NCBI GenBank assembly: GCA_003280485.1
Contig: QCEU01000004.1
Span: 16,436-80,435, forward strand
DNA from: Pelagibacteraceae bacterium AG-359-O02
Lineage (GTDB): Bacteria > Pseudomonadota > Alphaproteobacteria > Pelagibacterales > Pelagibacteraceae
DNA: 64,000 nucleotides
Direction of reading: 5' to 3'
Below are positions 32,485-42,560 of this stretch, one piece after another (the first letter of the stretch is position 1; every line of letters starts with the position of its first letter). The position numbers and the translations under genes were made by a program. The notes beneath the pieces were generated by a model. It did no database searches and was not told where the DNA came from. It worked only from the letters and a program-made list of their open reading frames with translations.

Positions 32485-33146
32485 AAAAACTTAATAAAAA
32501 AATTAATTTTAAAATTGCTTCTGATGGGAGTAGCGCATCTGGAAAAACAACTGGAGGTAAATTAATTTCAAAGAAATTTAATATGAAATTTTTGTCTAGT
32601 GGTAGTCTATATAGATTTTGTGCATTAAAAATTATAGAAAATAATAATGATTACAATTACCATTTTATAAAAAAAATTGTTAAGTCAATTACCTTAAAAA
32701 AATTACAAAATAAAAAAATTTATAGCCCAGAAGTAGCTAAATTATCCTCAATAATTGCAAAAAAAAAATTTGTAAGAAGCGCTCTTAAGAGTTTTCAAGT
32801 AAACTTTATAAAAAAATCAAGATTAGTTATTGTTGAAGGTAGAGATATAGGCTCAGTAATTATGCCAAATGCGGATTTAAAACTTTTTTTTACCTGTTCC
32901 GTAAAGGAGAAGGCGAGAAGAAGACTAAAGGAATTTAAAAAAAAAAATACGAAAATAACTTTAAATCAAGTCGAAAAGTCCCTGATTCAAAGGGATAAAG
33001 ACGATACTAATAGAAAAATTAGTCCCTTGATTATGAGTAAAAATGCTGTATTAGTCGACACCACTAAATTAAGTATTAAACAAATGGAGATAAAACTTTC
33101 TAATTTAGTAAAAAATTCGATTAAAGAAAAATATGGAAATTTATAA
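32481..33146 (+). CDS. cmk: Cytidylate kinase
   Basis: DGSSASGKTT, SGSLYR, VEGRDIG; aroA-cmk-rpsA synteny. Confidence 0.95.
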   Translation: MKKLNKKINFKIASDGSSASGKTTGGKLISKKFNMKFLSSGSLYRFCALKIIENNNDYNYHFIKKIVKSITLKKLQNKKIYSPEVAKLSSIIAKKKFVRSALKSFQVNFIKKSRLVIVEGRDIGSVIMPNADLKLFFTCSVKEKARRRLKEFKKKNTKITLNQVEKSLIQRDKDDTNRKISPLIMSKNAVLVDTTKLSIKQMEIKLSNLVKNSIKEKYGNL

Positions 33147-34875
33147 AGATTTAAACTTACCTGCTACACAGCAATTTGAAAAATTATTAAACAGTCAACT
33201 ATCAAAAAATAAAATAGAAGAAGGTAAAATTATAGAGGGTAAAGTTACTAAGATAACAAATAAATACGTATTTCTTTTTATACCTGGTCTAAAAAGTGAA
33301 CCAGTAATTGACATTAACGAAATAAAAATGATTGGAATGTCAGAAGGTATCAAAGAAGGTGAACTTATCTCAGTTTTGCTAGAAAAAATTGAGGATAAAA
33401 ATGGTGACGTTATTGTTTCAGCACAAAAAGCTCAAAAAATAAAAGGGTGGAATCAGCTAGTTAAATGTTATGAAAATAATGAATTAATAAATGGTAAAAT
33501 AACACAAAAGACAAAGGGTGGTGTTATAGTGGAACATGTTGAAACAGGCTCATTAATGTTTTGTCCTGGTTCTCAAATTTCAGATAAACCGATAAAGAAT
33601 ATTGATCATTTAATTGGCGTTCAGCAAAAATTTGCACTAATTAAATTAGATATGGTGAGAGGTAATAGTGTTGTTTCTAGAAGACAAGTTGTTTCATCTA
33701 GCAAGAAAGAGGATAAAGTAAAAATTATAGAAAAATTTAAAGTTGGCGATATCATTAAAGATGCTGTCGTTAAAGGATACTCTTCCTTTGGATGTTTTTT
33801 TGAAGTAACTACTCCAGATGGTACACTTGATACGCTCTGTCACCTTCAAGAAATTAGCTACAGCAGAGTAAATCATCCAGATGAAATTTTTAACATTGGT
33901 GAAAAACATGATTTAAAAGTAATTTCTATTGACATGGAGAAACTTCAAGTAGGATGTTCAATTAAACAACTTTCACCCGATCCTTTTGAACATATATCTA
34001 ACTATCAAATAGGAAGTCAATATAAAGTGAAAGTTGTAAAGATAACAGATTATGGATGTTTTTGTGAATTAGAAGCTGGACTAAGTACCCTTCTTCATAG
34101 TAGCGAAATAAGTTGGACAAAAAAAAATTTATCTCCCAAAAAAATGTTTAACGTCGGAGATCAGATTGATTGTATAATTACTGAAATTGATAAAGAAAAA
34201 AGAAGAGTGGCAATCTCGCATAGATTAACCCAGGAAAATCCATATTCAAAACTTGAAAATGAATTTCCGGTAGGTAGTGAGATTGAAGGAGTGATAAGTA
34301 GTTTTAATGAATATGCAATTTATTTGAAATTAGGAGATTTTGATATAGATGGTTTTTTACACTCTAATGATCTTTCATACATTGGAAAACCCGAGGACGA
34401 ACTTAAGAAATACAAAAAAGGAGAAACATTAAAAGTTAAAATTCTTGAAATAAAGAAAAGTGAACAAAAGGTTAGAATTGGATTAAAACAGTTACAAAAA
34501 GATCCATTTGATTGGTTTAGAGATAAAAAGACTAACGATGCTATTACAGTTAAGGTTATTTCGTCAGATAATAAAGGTTTATTTGTTAAGCCTGAAGGTT
34601 GTGATGTTGAAATTTTGATTAAAAAATCCCAAATTGCGATGAGTGCTTCGGATGCTAGACCATCTCGTTTTGTAGGTGGAGAAAGAATAGATGCTGCTAT
34701 CGCTGAGCTAAACTTTGAAAAAAGGAAAGTAAGTTTAAGTATTAAATTATTAGAGGAAATAATGAACGCAAAAGCAATTAAAGAACATTCTAGCCCTCTA
34801 AGCGGAAAAAATCTTCCATTCTCCTCGCTTTCAGAACAATTAGATGATAAAAAGAGTAAAAAGGATAAAGATTAA
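33133..34875 (+). CDS. rpsA: 30S ribosomal protein S1
   Basis: Six S1 repeats; 580 aa. Confidence 0.96.
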   Translation: MEIYKDLNLPATQQFEKLLNSQLSKNKIEEGKIIEGKVTKITNKYVFLFIPGLKSEPVIDINEIKMIGMSEGIKEGELISVLLEKIEDKNGDVIVSAQKAQKIKGWNQLVKCYENNELINGKITQKTKGGVIVEHVETGSLMFCPGSQISDKPIKNIDHLIGVQQKFALIKLDMVRGNSVVSRRQVVSSSKKEDKVKIIEKFKVGDIIKDAVVKGYSSFGCFFEVTTPDGTLDTLCHLQEISYSRVNHPDEIFNIGEKHDLKVISIDMEKLQVGCSIKQLSPDPFEHISNYQIGSQYKVKVVKITDYGCFCELEAGLSTLLHSSEISWTKKNLSPKKMFNVGDQIDCIITEIDKEKRRVAISHRLTQENPYSKLENEFPVGSEIEGVISSFNEYAIYLKLGDFDIDGFLHSNDLSYIGKPEDELKKYKKGETLKVKILEIKKSEQKVRIGLKQLQKDPFDWFRDKKTNDAITVKVISSDNKGLFVKPEGCDVEILIKKSQIAMSASDARPSRFVGGERIDAAIAELNFEKRKVSLSIKLLEEIMNAKAIKEHSSPLSGKNLPFSSLSEQLDDKKSKKDKD

Positions 34876-34878
34876 AAA

Positions 34879-35163
34879 TTGTCAGTCGTAAAATCAGACT
34901 TAATTAAAGAACTTGCAAAAAACTATCCTAACTTTTTAAAAAAAGATTTGATCAAACTATTTGATATAGCCCTTTATGAAATGAAAGATGCTTTAAAAAG
35001 GGGGGAGAGAGTAGAACTAAGAGATCTGTTTACAATAGAACCAAGAATTCAAAAAGCAAGAATATCTAGAAACCCTAAAACTAATGAAAATGTAAATACA
35101 CCAGAAAAAAAAACGGTTCTTTTTAAAATGTCTAAAGAATGGACAAACAAAGTAAATGAATAA
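34879..35163 (+). CDS. ihfB: HU/IHF-family DNA-binding protein (IHF-beta position), TTG start
   Basis: KSDLI, GERVELR, RNPKT; follows rpsA. Confidence 0.82.
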   Translation: MSVVKSDLIKELAKNYPNFLKKDLIKLFDIALYEMKDALKRGERVELRDLFTIEPRIQKARISRNPKTNENVNTPEKKTVLFKMSKEWTNKVNE

Positions 35164-35827
35164 AAAAAAAATATTTGTTGCCTGCGATAGCATTAATATT
35201 AGTAAAATCAAAGAGATAATAAGAAAAACTAAGAATCCGAAGTTAGAAGTTGGTTATAAGTTTGGATTAGAGTTTTTAAATTCAAAAGAAGGAAGAAAAT
35301 TTATATCTAAATTAAAAAACAAGATTATTTTTGGAGATTATAAATTTGCAGATATACCAAATACTTGTGCATCAGCCGTCAAAGCTGTGAAAGATTTAAA
35401 TTTTAATTATTTAACTATTCACATAAGCTCAGGTTTAGAAGCGCTTAAAGCGGCTAAAAAAGTTTCAGGAAAAACAAAAATAATTGGAGTGACAATCCTT
35501 ACATCTCTCGATAATAAATCTCTAAAAGAAATTGGATATAGCAATAAAGTAAAAAAAATAGTACTTGAACAAGCTAAGTTAGCAAATAAAGCCAAACTTG
35601 ATGCTATTGTATGTAGTCCTAATGAAGTAAATCTTGTTAAGAAAGTATTTAAGAAAGAAATTATAACTCCAGGTATTAGATTTAACTCTAAAGAGGATGA
35701 CCAAAAAAGAGTCCAAACACCAAAACAAGCTTACAAAAATGGAAGCGACTGGTTAGTAATTGGAAGACCAATTACAAAAGGAAATATTAAAAATAATATA
35801 AAAAATTTAATTAATCATTTGAAATAA
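35156..35827 (+). CDS. pyrF: Orotidine-5'-phosphate decarboxylase
   Basis: DYKFADIPNT, VTILTS, TPGIR, DDQKR, VIGRPIT. Confidence 0.96.
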   Translation: MNKKKIFVACDSINISKIKEIIRKTKNPKLEVGYKFGLEFLNSKEGRKFISKLKNKIIFGDYKFADIPNTCASAVKAVKDLNFNYLTIHISSGLEALKAAKKVSGKTKIIGVTILTSLDNKSLKEIGYSNKVKKIVLEQAKLANKAKLDAIVCSPNEVNLVKKVFKKEIITPGIRFNSKEDDQKRVQTPKQAYKNGSDWLVIGRPITKGNIKNNIKNLINHLK

Positions 35828-36450
35828 TGGTCAAGGGAATAAAAATTTGTGGGATCTCTGATCTTAAAACTTTAAGTTATATTTTAAATCATCAATTTCC
35901 TCCCAAGTTTGTTGGTTTCATATCCAATTATAAGAAAAGTAGAAGGTATGTGGAATATGGGAAATTAAAAGAATTGGTTAGTATTAAAAAAAATAAAACA
36001 AGTTTCGTCTCTGTACTTGTCAATCCAGATGATAAAATATTAGAACAAGTTAAAGAACTTAATTTTGATTTTTATCAGCTGTATGATGTTAGTCCTAAAA
36101 AGACAAGAATTATAAAGGAAAAATACAACATTAAAGTAATTACTGCTTTAACAATTAATAGTCAGAAAGATGTTGATATATATAAAGACTATGATGAAAT
36201 TTCGGATTTAATTCTTTTTGATGGTAAAGGTTATGAGAAGTCGATCGGATTTAATCATGAATTATTAAATTCTATACCTAATACTGTAAATAAAATGATT
36301 GCTGGAAATATAAAAATAGAAGATATTCCAAATTTTAAAAATAAAGATTACTTCATAGATCTAAGTGGTTCTTTAGAAAATGAAGAAGGTAAAAAAGATT
36401 TAGATAAAATTAACAAACTATTAAATTTTAAAATAAAAAATGAAACTTAA
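35827..36450 (+). CDS. trpF: Phosphoribosylanthranilate isomerase (divergent)
   Basis: IKICGI, VGFI...SRRYV; position in pyrF-trpF-trpB-trpA. Confidence 0.88.
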   Translation: MVKGIKICGISDLKTLSYILNHQFPPKFVGFISNYKKSRRYVEYGKLKELVSIKKNKTSFVSVLVNPDDKILEQVKELNFDFYQLYDVSPKKTRIIKEKYNIKVITALTINSQKDVDIYKDYDEISDLILFDGKGYEKSIGFNHELLNSIPNTVNKMIAGNIKIEDIPNFKNKDYFIDLSGSLENEEGKKDLDKINKLLNFKIKNET

Positions 36451-37684
36451 AAAGAGAATCCCAGTTATAGATCAAGGAGATAGACTTGGTTTCTGGGGCG
36501 GAAAATTTGGTGGAAATTTCGTACCCGAAACACTCAAAAAACCTATTGAAGATCTAGAGTTACAATTTAATAAATTAAAGAGTGATAAAAACTTTATAAA
36601 AGAAAGAGATAATCATTTTAAGAATTGGGTTGGTGCGCCTACACGATTTATTAAATTAGATAATTTAACAAAACATGTTGGTGGAGCACAGATTTGGTCA
36701 AAAGTTGTATCTGATGCTAACGGAGGAGCTCATAAAATATATAATGCTACTGTGCATTGCTTATTAGCCAAAAGGTCTGGAAAAAAAGTTATTATTGGTG
36801 ACACAGGAGCTGGTTATGCTGGAAAAATGTTGAGTATGGCAGCTAAAAAATTTGGATTAAAGTGTAAAATTTTTATGGGTGCAAAAGACATAAAAAGACA
36901 ACAACCAAATGTTAAAGCTATGAAGAAAAATGGTGCAGATGTAATTCCTGTATACTCAGGAAGTCAAACACTTGTGGATGCTGTTTCTGAATGTATGAGA
37001 TATTGGGTTGCTAATTGTGATACTACTGCAATGTGTGTAGGGAGTACTGTAGGACCTGCAATTTTTGTTCGAATATGCGGATGGAGTACTAGCCAAATCT
37101 CTAGAGAACTTAAAGTTCAATTAATAAATGAATTTGGTGAAATTCCAAAAAAACTTAAATTATATAATTGTGTAGGAGGAGGTTCCTCAAGTTTTGGTTT
37201 TTGGAATGAATTTATGGATTATAATAAAAAACAAGTTGAGTTTATTGGGGTTGAAGCTGGAGGACCAAGCAAAAGTAAAAGGCATGCAGCTCCCTTAACT
37301 TATGGTTCCAAAATAGGTATACTTCATGGTGCAGCACAATATGTGAATCAAAATAGCGATGGTCAGATTGAGGAAACTGAGTCAATTTCTGCAGGTCTTG
37401 ATTATCCTGGAATTTCTCCACTCCACTGCTTTTTAAAAGATGTGAAGCGTGCAAGGTATACGGCAGCTAGTGATGAGGAAGCTTTAAAAGCATACCAAAT
37501 AGTCACAAAATATGAAAATTTAAGACCATCTCTCGAACCAAGCCATGCATTCTCAGTTGCAATTAAAGAAGCAAAAAAATTTAGCAAAGATACAGTTGTA
37601 ATTATTAATAGTTGTGGAGATGCATATAAAGATAGAGGTATTTTAGAAAAAAAATTGGGAAAGAAATATGTTAAATCCAATTAG
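36440..37684 (+). CDS. trpB: Tryptophan synthase beta chain (divergent active site)
   Basis: FGGNFVPETL, GAHK (PLP Lys), CVGGGS, SISAGLDYPG. Confidence 0.9.
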   Translation: MKLKKRIPVIDQGDRLGFWGGKFGGNFVPETLKKPIEDLELQFNKLKSDKNFIKERDNHFKNWVGAPTRFIKLDNLTKHVGGAQIWSKVVSDANGGAHKIYNATVHCLLAKRSGKKVIIGDTGAGYAGKMLSMAAKKFGLKCKIFMGAKDIKRQQPNVKAMKKNGADVIPVYSGSQTLVDAVSECMRYWVANCDTTAMCVGSTVGPAIFVRICGWSTSQISRELKVQLINEFGEIPKKLKLYNCVGGGSSSFGFWNEFMDYNKKQVEFIGVEAGGPSKSKRHAAPLTYGSKIGILHGAAQYVNQNSDGQIEETESISAGLDYPGISPLHCFLKDVKRARYTAASDEEALKAYQIVTKYENLRPSLEPSHAFSVAIKEAKKFSKDTVVIINSCGDAYKDRGILEKKLGKKYVKSN

Positions 37685-38468
37685 CCTTGCATTTAAAAAA
37701 GCAAAAGATGCAAAAAGACCAGCGTTACTTACTTATACTGTAGCTGGTGATAGCTCAAAGAAACAATCTTTAGAAATCTTAAAAGCAATTTCAAATTATG
37801 CTGATATTTTAGAAGTTGGTGTACCTCATAACACTCCAGTAGCAGATGGAGGTCAAATTCAAACTAGTTCTTATAGAGCAATTAAAAATGGTATTAAGAT
37901 GAATGATATTTTTAAAATTGTCAGCGATTTTAAAAAAATTAAAAATTCAAAACCAGTGATATTTATGGGTTACTACAATATGATTTTCCAATATGGTGAA
38001 AATAATTTTTTAAAAAAATGTAAAAAATCAGGTGTTAATGGTTTGATAGTAGTTGATTTACCATGGCCAGAAAACAAGATTTTTTCAAAGAAATGTAAAA
38101 AAAATTCAATTAATTTTATCCAATTATTATCTCCTACAACATCGAATAAAAGACTTAAAAGTATTACAAAAGATGCTCATGATATGATTTACTATATAAG
38201 CATGCTGTCTACCACAGGAGGAAAGCTAAAAGTTTCTCCAAAAAAAATATTAGCTAATTACAACAAAATTAAAAAAATAAGCCCTAAAAAAAATTGTGTT
38301 ATTGGTTTTGGGATAACGGAGAAAACTATATCAAATTTCAAAAATACAGATGGACTTGTTGTAGGAAGTCAAATTTGTAAAGAAATTACGAGGAGTTTAA
38401 ACAATAGACAAAATCCTGTCATAAATGTAAGTAAGATGGTTAGTAAACTAAAAAAAAAAATATCATGA
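37668..38468 (+). CDS. trpA: Tryptophan synthase alpha chain
   Basis: EVGVP...ADG..IQ with E49 and D60 equivalents, VVDLP, IGFGI, VVGS. Confidence 0.93.
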   Translation: MLNPISLAFKKAKDAKRPALLTYTVAGDSSKKQSLEILKAISNYADILEVGVPHNTPVADGGQIQTSSYRAIKNGIKMNDIFKIVSDFKKIKNSKPVIFMGYYNMIFQYGENNFLKKCKKSGVNGLIVVDLPWPENKIFSKKCKKNSINFIQLLSPTTSNKRLKSITKDAHDMIYYISMLSTTGGKLKVSPKKILANYNKIKKISPKKNCVIGFGITEKTISNFKNTDGLVVGSQICKEITRSLNNRQNPVINVSKMVSKLKKKIS

Positions 38469-39400
38469 ATTGGTTAACTAAAGCTATAAATTTTGGAGAA
38501 AAAATAAAGAAGGTACTTAAAAAAAGACCTTCTAGGCAAGAGCAGGCTAATTCAAAATGGATATCATGCTGTGGAACTGGACCCCAATTAAAATCAACAA
38601 TATTTAATAAAGAACAGCTCAACACCTGCCCTAATTGTAATAAACATTATCCATTTACACCAAGAGAAAGGTTTGATCATTTTTTCGGAAAAAATAATTA
38701 CGAAATAGTTAAAACACCAGAGCTCGCGGAGAATCCATTAAATTTTCCTGGTTATAAAGAAAAGCTTGAACGAGGAAGAAAGATTACAGGACATCATTGT
38801 GCTGTAATGGTTGCTCAAGGTGTAAAAGATGGAATTAAAGTTACTTCATTCGCAATTGATAGTCGTTTCAATGGAGGCTCTATAAATGCTTCTGCTGGAG
38901 AAGCAATAGTGTATTGTTTTCAGAAAGCCATCGATGATCTTACGCCTGTTGTAGCTTGGAGTGAAGGCGGAGGCCAGGCTATGCAAGAATCAAACATAGC
39001 ATTACATTTTATGGTAAAAACTGTTTTAGCAGCAAATACATTTAAAGATTCTACAAAATTACCTTTTATTAATATTTACACAAATAAATGTTACGGAGGC
39101 ATAACTGCAAGTTTTGCTGCTCCATCTATAGCAGATATTTGTTTTGCAGAGCCATCTATGGTTGGTTTTGCAGGTCAACACATAGTAAAAAATCAGACAC
39201 GTGAGGATTTACCTGAAGGTTTTCAATCAAGTAAGGTTTTGGTTGAAAAAGGCATGTGCGATGGAGTTTTTAACAGAAAAGAAATAAACGAAAAAATAAT
39301 TGGAATATTAAAAATATTGCTAAAGAAGAATTCTGAAGTAAATTCAGAAAGTTTAAATGAAACTTCAGAAACTAATATCCAAACTAGAGAAGCATCATAA
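38465..39400 (+). CDS. accD: Acetyl-CoA carboxylase carboxyltransferase beta subunit
   Basis: MNWL start, CPNC, MQE, GGITASFA, GFAG, LPEGFQ; trpA-accD-folC synteny. Confidence 0.93.
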   Translation: MNWLTKAINFGEKIKKVLKKRPSRQEQANSKWISCCGTGPQLKSTIFNKEQLNTCPNCNKHYPFTPRERFDHFFGKNNYEIVKTPELAENPLNFPGYKEKLERGRKITGHHCAVMVAQGVKDGIKVTSFAIDSRFNGGSINASAGEAIVYCFQKAIDDLTPVVAWSEGGGQAMQESNIALHFMVKTVLAANTFKDSTKLPFINIYTNKCYGGITASFAAPSIADICFAEPSMVGFAGQHIVKNQTREDLPEGFQSSKVLVEKGMCDGVFNRKEINEKIIGILKILLKKNSEVNSESLNETSETNIQTREAS

Positions 39401-40622
39401 AAAAAAACTAGATTTATCTCTAGGAAGAACTTTTAATCTCTTAAAAAAACTAGGAAATCCTCAAGATAAATTAAAAAATGTCATCACAGTTGTTGGAACT
39501 AATGCTAAGGCAAGCATGTGCTATAGTTTAAAGTCAATACTTAATCAAGCTGGACATAAAACTAACCTTTATACTTCTCCCCACCTTCTCTCTTATACAG
39601 AAAGATATATTTTTGAAGATAAAGAAATCGATGAAGAAGATTTAATAGAATTACTGACAGATGTTGAAAAAACTTTAGGAGATGACAATGCAACATTGTT
39701 TGAAATTTTAACATGTGCCTTTATAAAACATGCTGAAAATTTTAAGGATAATATTAATATTGTAGAAGCTGGACTATTTCATCAATTTGATAGTACAAAT
39801 GTATTTAAAGAAAATTTAATGACACTCATTGGTGTCATTCATAATGATCACTTTCAATGGCTTGAAAATAAATCAATTGAAGGTGTAATATATGAAAAAA
39901 CTGCTAAGCTTTTAAACTCAAATATATTTATTAATAAACAAGTCAATAATGAAATAAGAGATAAAATAGAAAAATCATTAGAAAAAAATACTTCAAATAA
40001 ATTTTTTTTTGGAAAGGATTTTAATATTGCAAAGTCCGAGAACGGATTTATTCAATATCAAGATCAGTTAGGAGAATTAGTATTACCTGAACCAAATATT
40101 CTTGGAAATCATCAGCTTTACAATATTAGTACCTCAATTGCTGCATCAAGAATGATTTTTAATATTAAAGATGAAAATATTATAAATGGTGTCAAAAATA
40201 TTTCATTAAAAGCAAGACTTGAAGAAATAAAAACAGGTAAATTAAAAGATATTGCTGGGAATAATAAACTAATAATAGATGGAGGTCATAATATTAGCGC
40301 AGGTGTTTCTATTGCTAATTGGGTAAAAAATCAAAATGATGAAGTAAATCTTATCGTAGGCATGATGAAAGATAAAGAACATGTAGAATTTATAAAAGTT
40401 TTTGAAAATATAGTAAATTCAATTACTTTAATTGATATTCCTAATCAAGATGGTGCAATTACAAAAGAAGATTTTAAAAAAAAGTTAGATTATTTTAAAT
40501 TAAATTTGAAACTTTCTAATGGTATTGAAGAAAGTATAAGATCGTTATCTAAAAATGAAAATACTATTATTCTCTGCCTAGGTTCACTGTATCTTGCTGG
40601 AGAAATTTTAAGCTTAAATTAG
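39357..40622 (+). CDS. folC: Dihydrofolate/folylpolyglutamate synthase
   Basis: VVGTNAKAS, YTSPHL, TLFE, IDGGHN, GSLYLAGE. Confidence 0.92.
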   Translation: MKLQKLISKLEKHHKKKLDLSLGRTFNLLKKLGNPQDKLKNVITVVGTNAKASMCYSLKSILNQAGHKTNLYTSPHLLSYTERYIFEDKEIDEEDLIELLTDVEKTLGDDNATLFEILTCAFIKHAENFKDNINIVEAGLFHQFDSTNVFKENLMTLIGVIHNDHFQWLENKSIEGVIYEKTAKLLNSNIFINKQVNNEIRDKIEKSLEKNTSNKFFFGKDFNIAKSENGFIQYQDQLGELVLPEPNILGNHQLYNISTSIAASRMIFNIKDENIINGVKNISLKARLEEIKTGKLKDIAGNNKLIIDGGHNISAGVSIANWVKNQNDEVNLIVGMMKDKEHVEFIKVFENIVNSITLIDIPNQDGAITKEDFKKKLDYFKLNLKLSNGIEESIRSLSKNENTIILCLGSLYLAGEILSLN

Positions 40623-40936
40623 ATATTTTCTTTTATCCAAGAAACAATTTCACTTTTTGGAACCGCCCCAACCTTAGTTGAAACATGATTTCCGTCTTTC
40701 ATCAAAATCATGGTGGGGATTCCTCGAACACCATATTTTGTTGGCGTATTTGGCTCTTCATCAATGTTATGTTTTGCTACAGATAATTGGTCAGACATTT
40801 CATTTGAAATTTCTTCCAAGCTGGGAGCCACCATATGGCATGGACCGCACCATTCTGCCCAAAAATCACAAATTAATATCTTATTATCTTTAACTAATTG
40901 ATCAAAACTTTCGTCTGTAGATTTTACTGTTGCCAT
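40619..40936 (-). CDS. trxA: Thioredoxin
   Basis: DFWAEWCGPC, GVRGIPT. Confidence 0.97.
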   Translation of the reverse strand: MATVKSTDESFDQLVKDNKILICDFWAEWCGPCHMVAPSLEEISNEMSDQLSVAKHNIDEEPNTPTKYGVRGIPTMILMKDGNHVSTKVGAVPKSEIVSWIKENI

Positions 40937-41002
40937 ATAAGTTTTATATAAATTAATTTTATTTAATCAATAGTTAAAAATGCGTAAATTTAATTTTATA
41001 CA

Positions 41003-42436
41003 TCAAACATTCTCGTATTTTTTTTGAATAGACATTGCATAGGTATTAAATTCATCTAAGAGAGCTAATTTCTCGTTATCATTTTCATTAGTATATTTTT
41101 CTCTTAAAGTATCTATTTCATTATATAAAGTAGGTATTGTCCACCATTTCTCTTTTCTTTCACTTAATATTCTTTTTGCAATCTCTCTCCTGATAGATTT
41201 ATACATTGACTCTGGTAAAACTTCTGGAGCCTCTTGAAATATTATTTTTTTACCAAATCCAACTAATCTATCGTCATCAAATTTATCTAATAAATTCAAT
41301 TTTTCTTTCCATGGTGCTGCATGCCAAGTTGGGAAAAGAGCAGTATCTTTGTTTGAAGTAAATTTTGTATAAATACTTTCTTCTGCATATATATCTTCTT
41401 GTGATTTCGATTGTTCTTTTTCCTCTGCTACTTCTCTTAAAGCTGTTAAAATATTTTGAGAAAACTGTTCATTATTTTGAACAAATTCTGCTCTTTTTTT
41501 AATTACGTTTTTATCAAGTTTGTTATAGGGTTCAACATTCATTCCATACTTACCATCAATTATAATTGGTGCTTTGTTTGCACGTATAGTTCTTAAAAAT
41601 TTTGGAGATTTTTTCATCTCTGTTTTTAATTCATTTATTGATTTATTTATTAAAGGCTGGATTTCAGTTCTCAAATCTATGGAATAATACCATCCTTGGT
41701 AAATTGGGTGCATACAATGTTTTGGATGTAGTGGTACAACTAAATGAAGTCTGGATTTGCCATAATAATATTCGTTTAAAGTTACTACTTCTCCCTTTTT
41801 CATTATAGTTTCTGTATCTGATTTATTTGCAGTTCTTAAAAATGAGTCCCAAGTATGCTCTTGTTTATTTTTAACAATCTTTAAAATTTTTGCAGTTAAT
41901 TCAGCATCAGCAAGTGCTGAGTGAGCATCACTTGCATCAATTCCTTGCATTTGAGCTAAAGATGCAAGTTTAAATACAGGATTATTTTTTTCATTAATTT
42001 CTGTTTCTAAAATTGTAGGATCAACTGCATAAGCAGCTCTTGCAATATTTATACCATCATGTCTTTTATTGGGTGCTGCATTAGTAATATAAGGATATCT
42101 AATATTTTTAAAAAACTCTTTCCTTATCATCTCTTCATCAAAATTAAGGCTACTCCAACCTAAAAATATTGCAGGACTCCATTTTTTAAATATTTTTTCA
42201 ACTTCACCCAGCATTTGATAGTGACTTAAGTTTGTTTGAGTTAGTTGTTTTATTGATGTCTTATTGACTATTAAGGCCATAGCCTGAAATATTTCTCCTT
42301 CAGGCAGACTACACCTTAAATTAAATCGGTCTTTCTCTTTGAAATTTTCATCAACTAAAATTCCACCAATTTCAATTATGCTACCAAAATCAGTACTGGC
42401 ACTTGATGATTCTATATCCCAAATTGCTAAATTCAT
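41003..42436 (-). CDS. Exonuclease I (SbcB)-like DEDDh 3'-5' ssDNA exonuclease
   Basis: ExoI WDIES, ExoII GWSSLNFDEE, ExoIII AHSALAD, PVFKL and IRANKAP; 477 aa like SbcB. Confidence 0.85.
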   Translation of the reverse strand: MNLAIWDIESSSASTDFGSIIEIGGILVDENFKEKDRFNLRCSLPEGEIFQAMALIVNKTSIKQLTQTNLSHYQMLGEVEKIFKKWSPAIFLGWSSLNFDEEMIRKEFFKNIRYPYITNAAPNKRHDGINIARAAYAVDPTILETEINEKNNPVFKLASLAQMQGIDASDAHSALADAELTAKILKIVKNKQEHTWDSFLRTANKSDTETIMKKGEVVTLNEYYYGKSRLHLVVPLHPKHCMHPIYQGWYYSIDLRTEIQPLINKSINELKTEMKKSPKFLRTIRANKAPIIIDGKYGMNVEPYNKLDKNVIKKRAEFVQNNEQFSQNILTALREVAEEKEQSKSQEDIYAEESIYTKFTSNKDTALFPTWHAAPWKEKLNLLDKFDDDRLVGFGKKIIFQEAPEVLPESMYKSIRREIAKRILSERKEKWWTIPTLYNEIDTLREKYTNENDNEKLALLDEFNTYAMSIQKKYENV

Positions 42437-42560
42437 ATTTTTAACCTTAAATTAGCTCAGTTTTGATGGGTTTTTGGAAAGTTTTTTAGGACTAAACCGT
42501 TGCATCTAAACAAGTAGCTTCTAGTTAGTTTTATCTCTTCTATGAAATAGTCTGTTAAAG

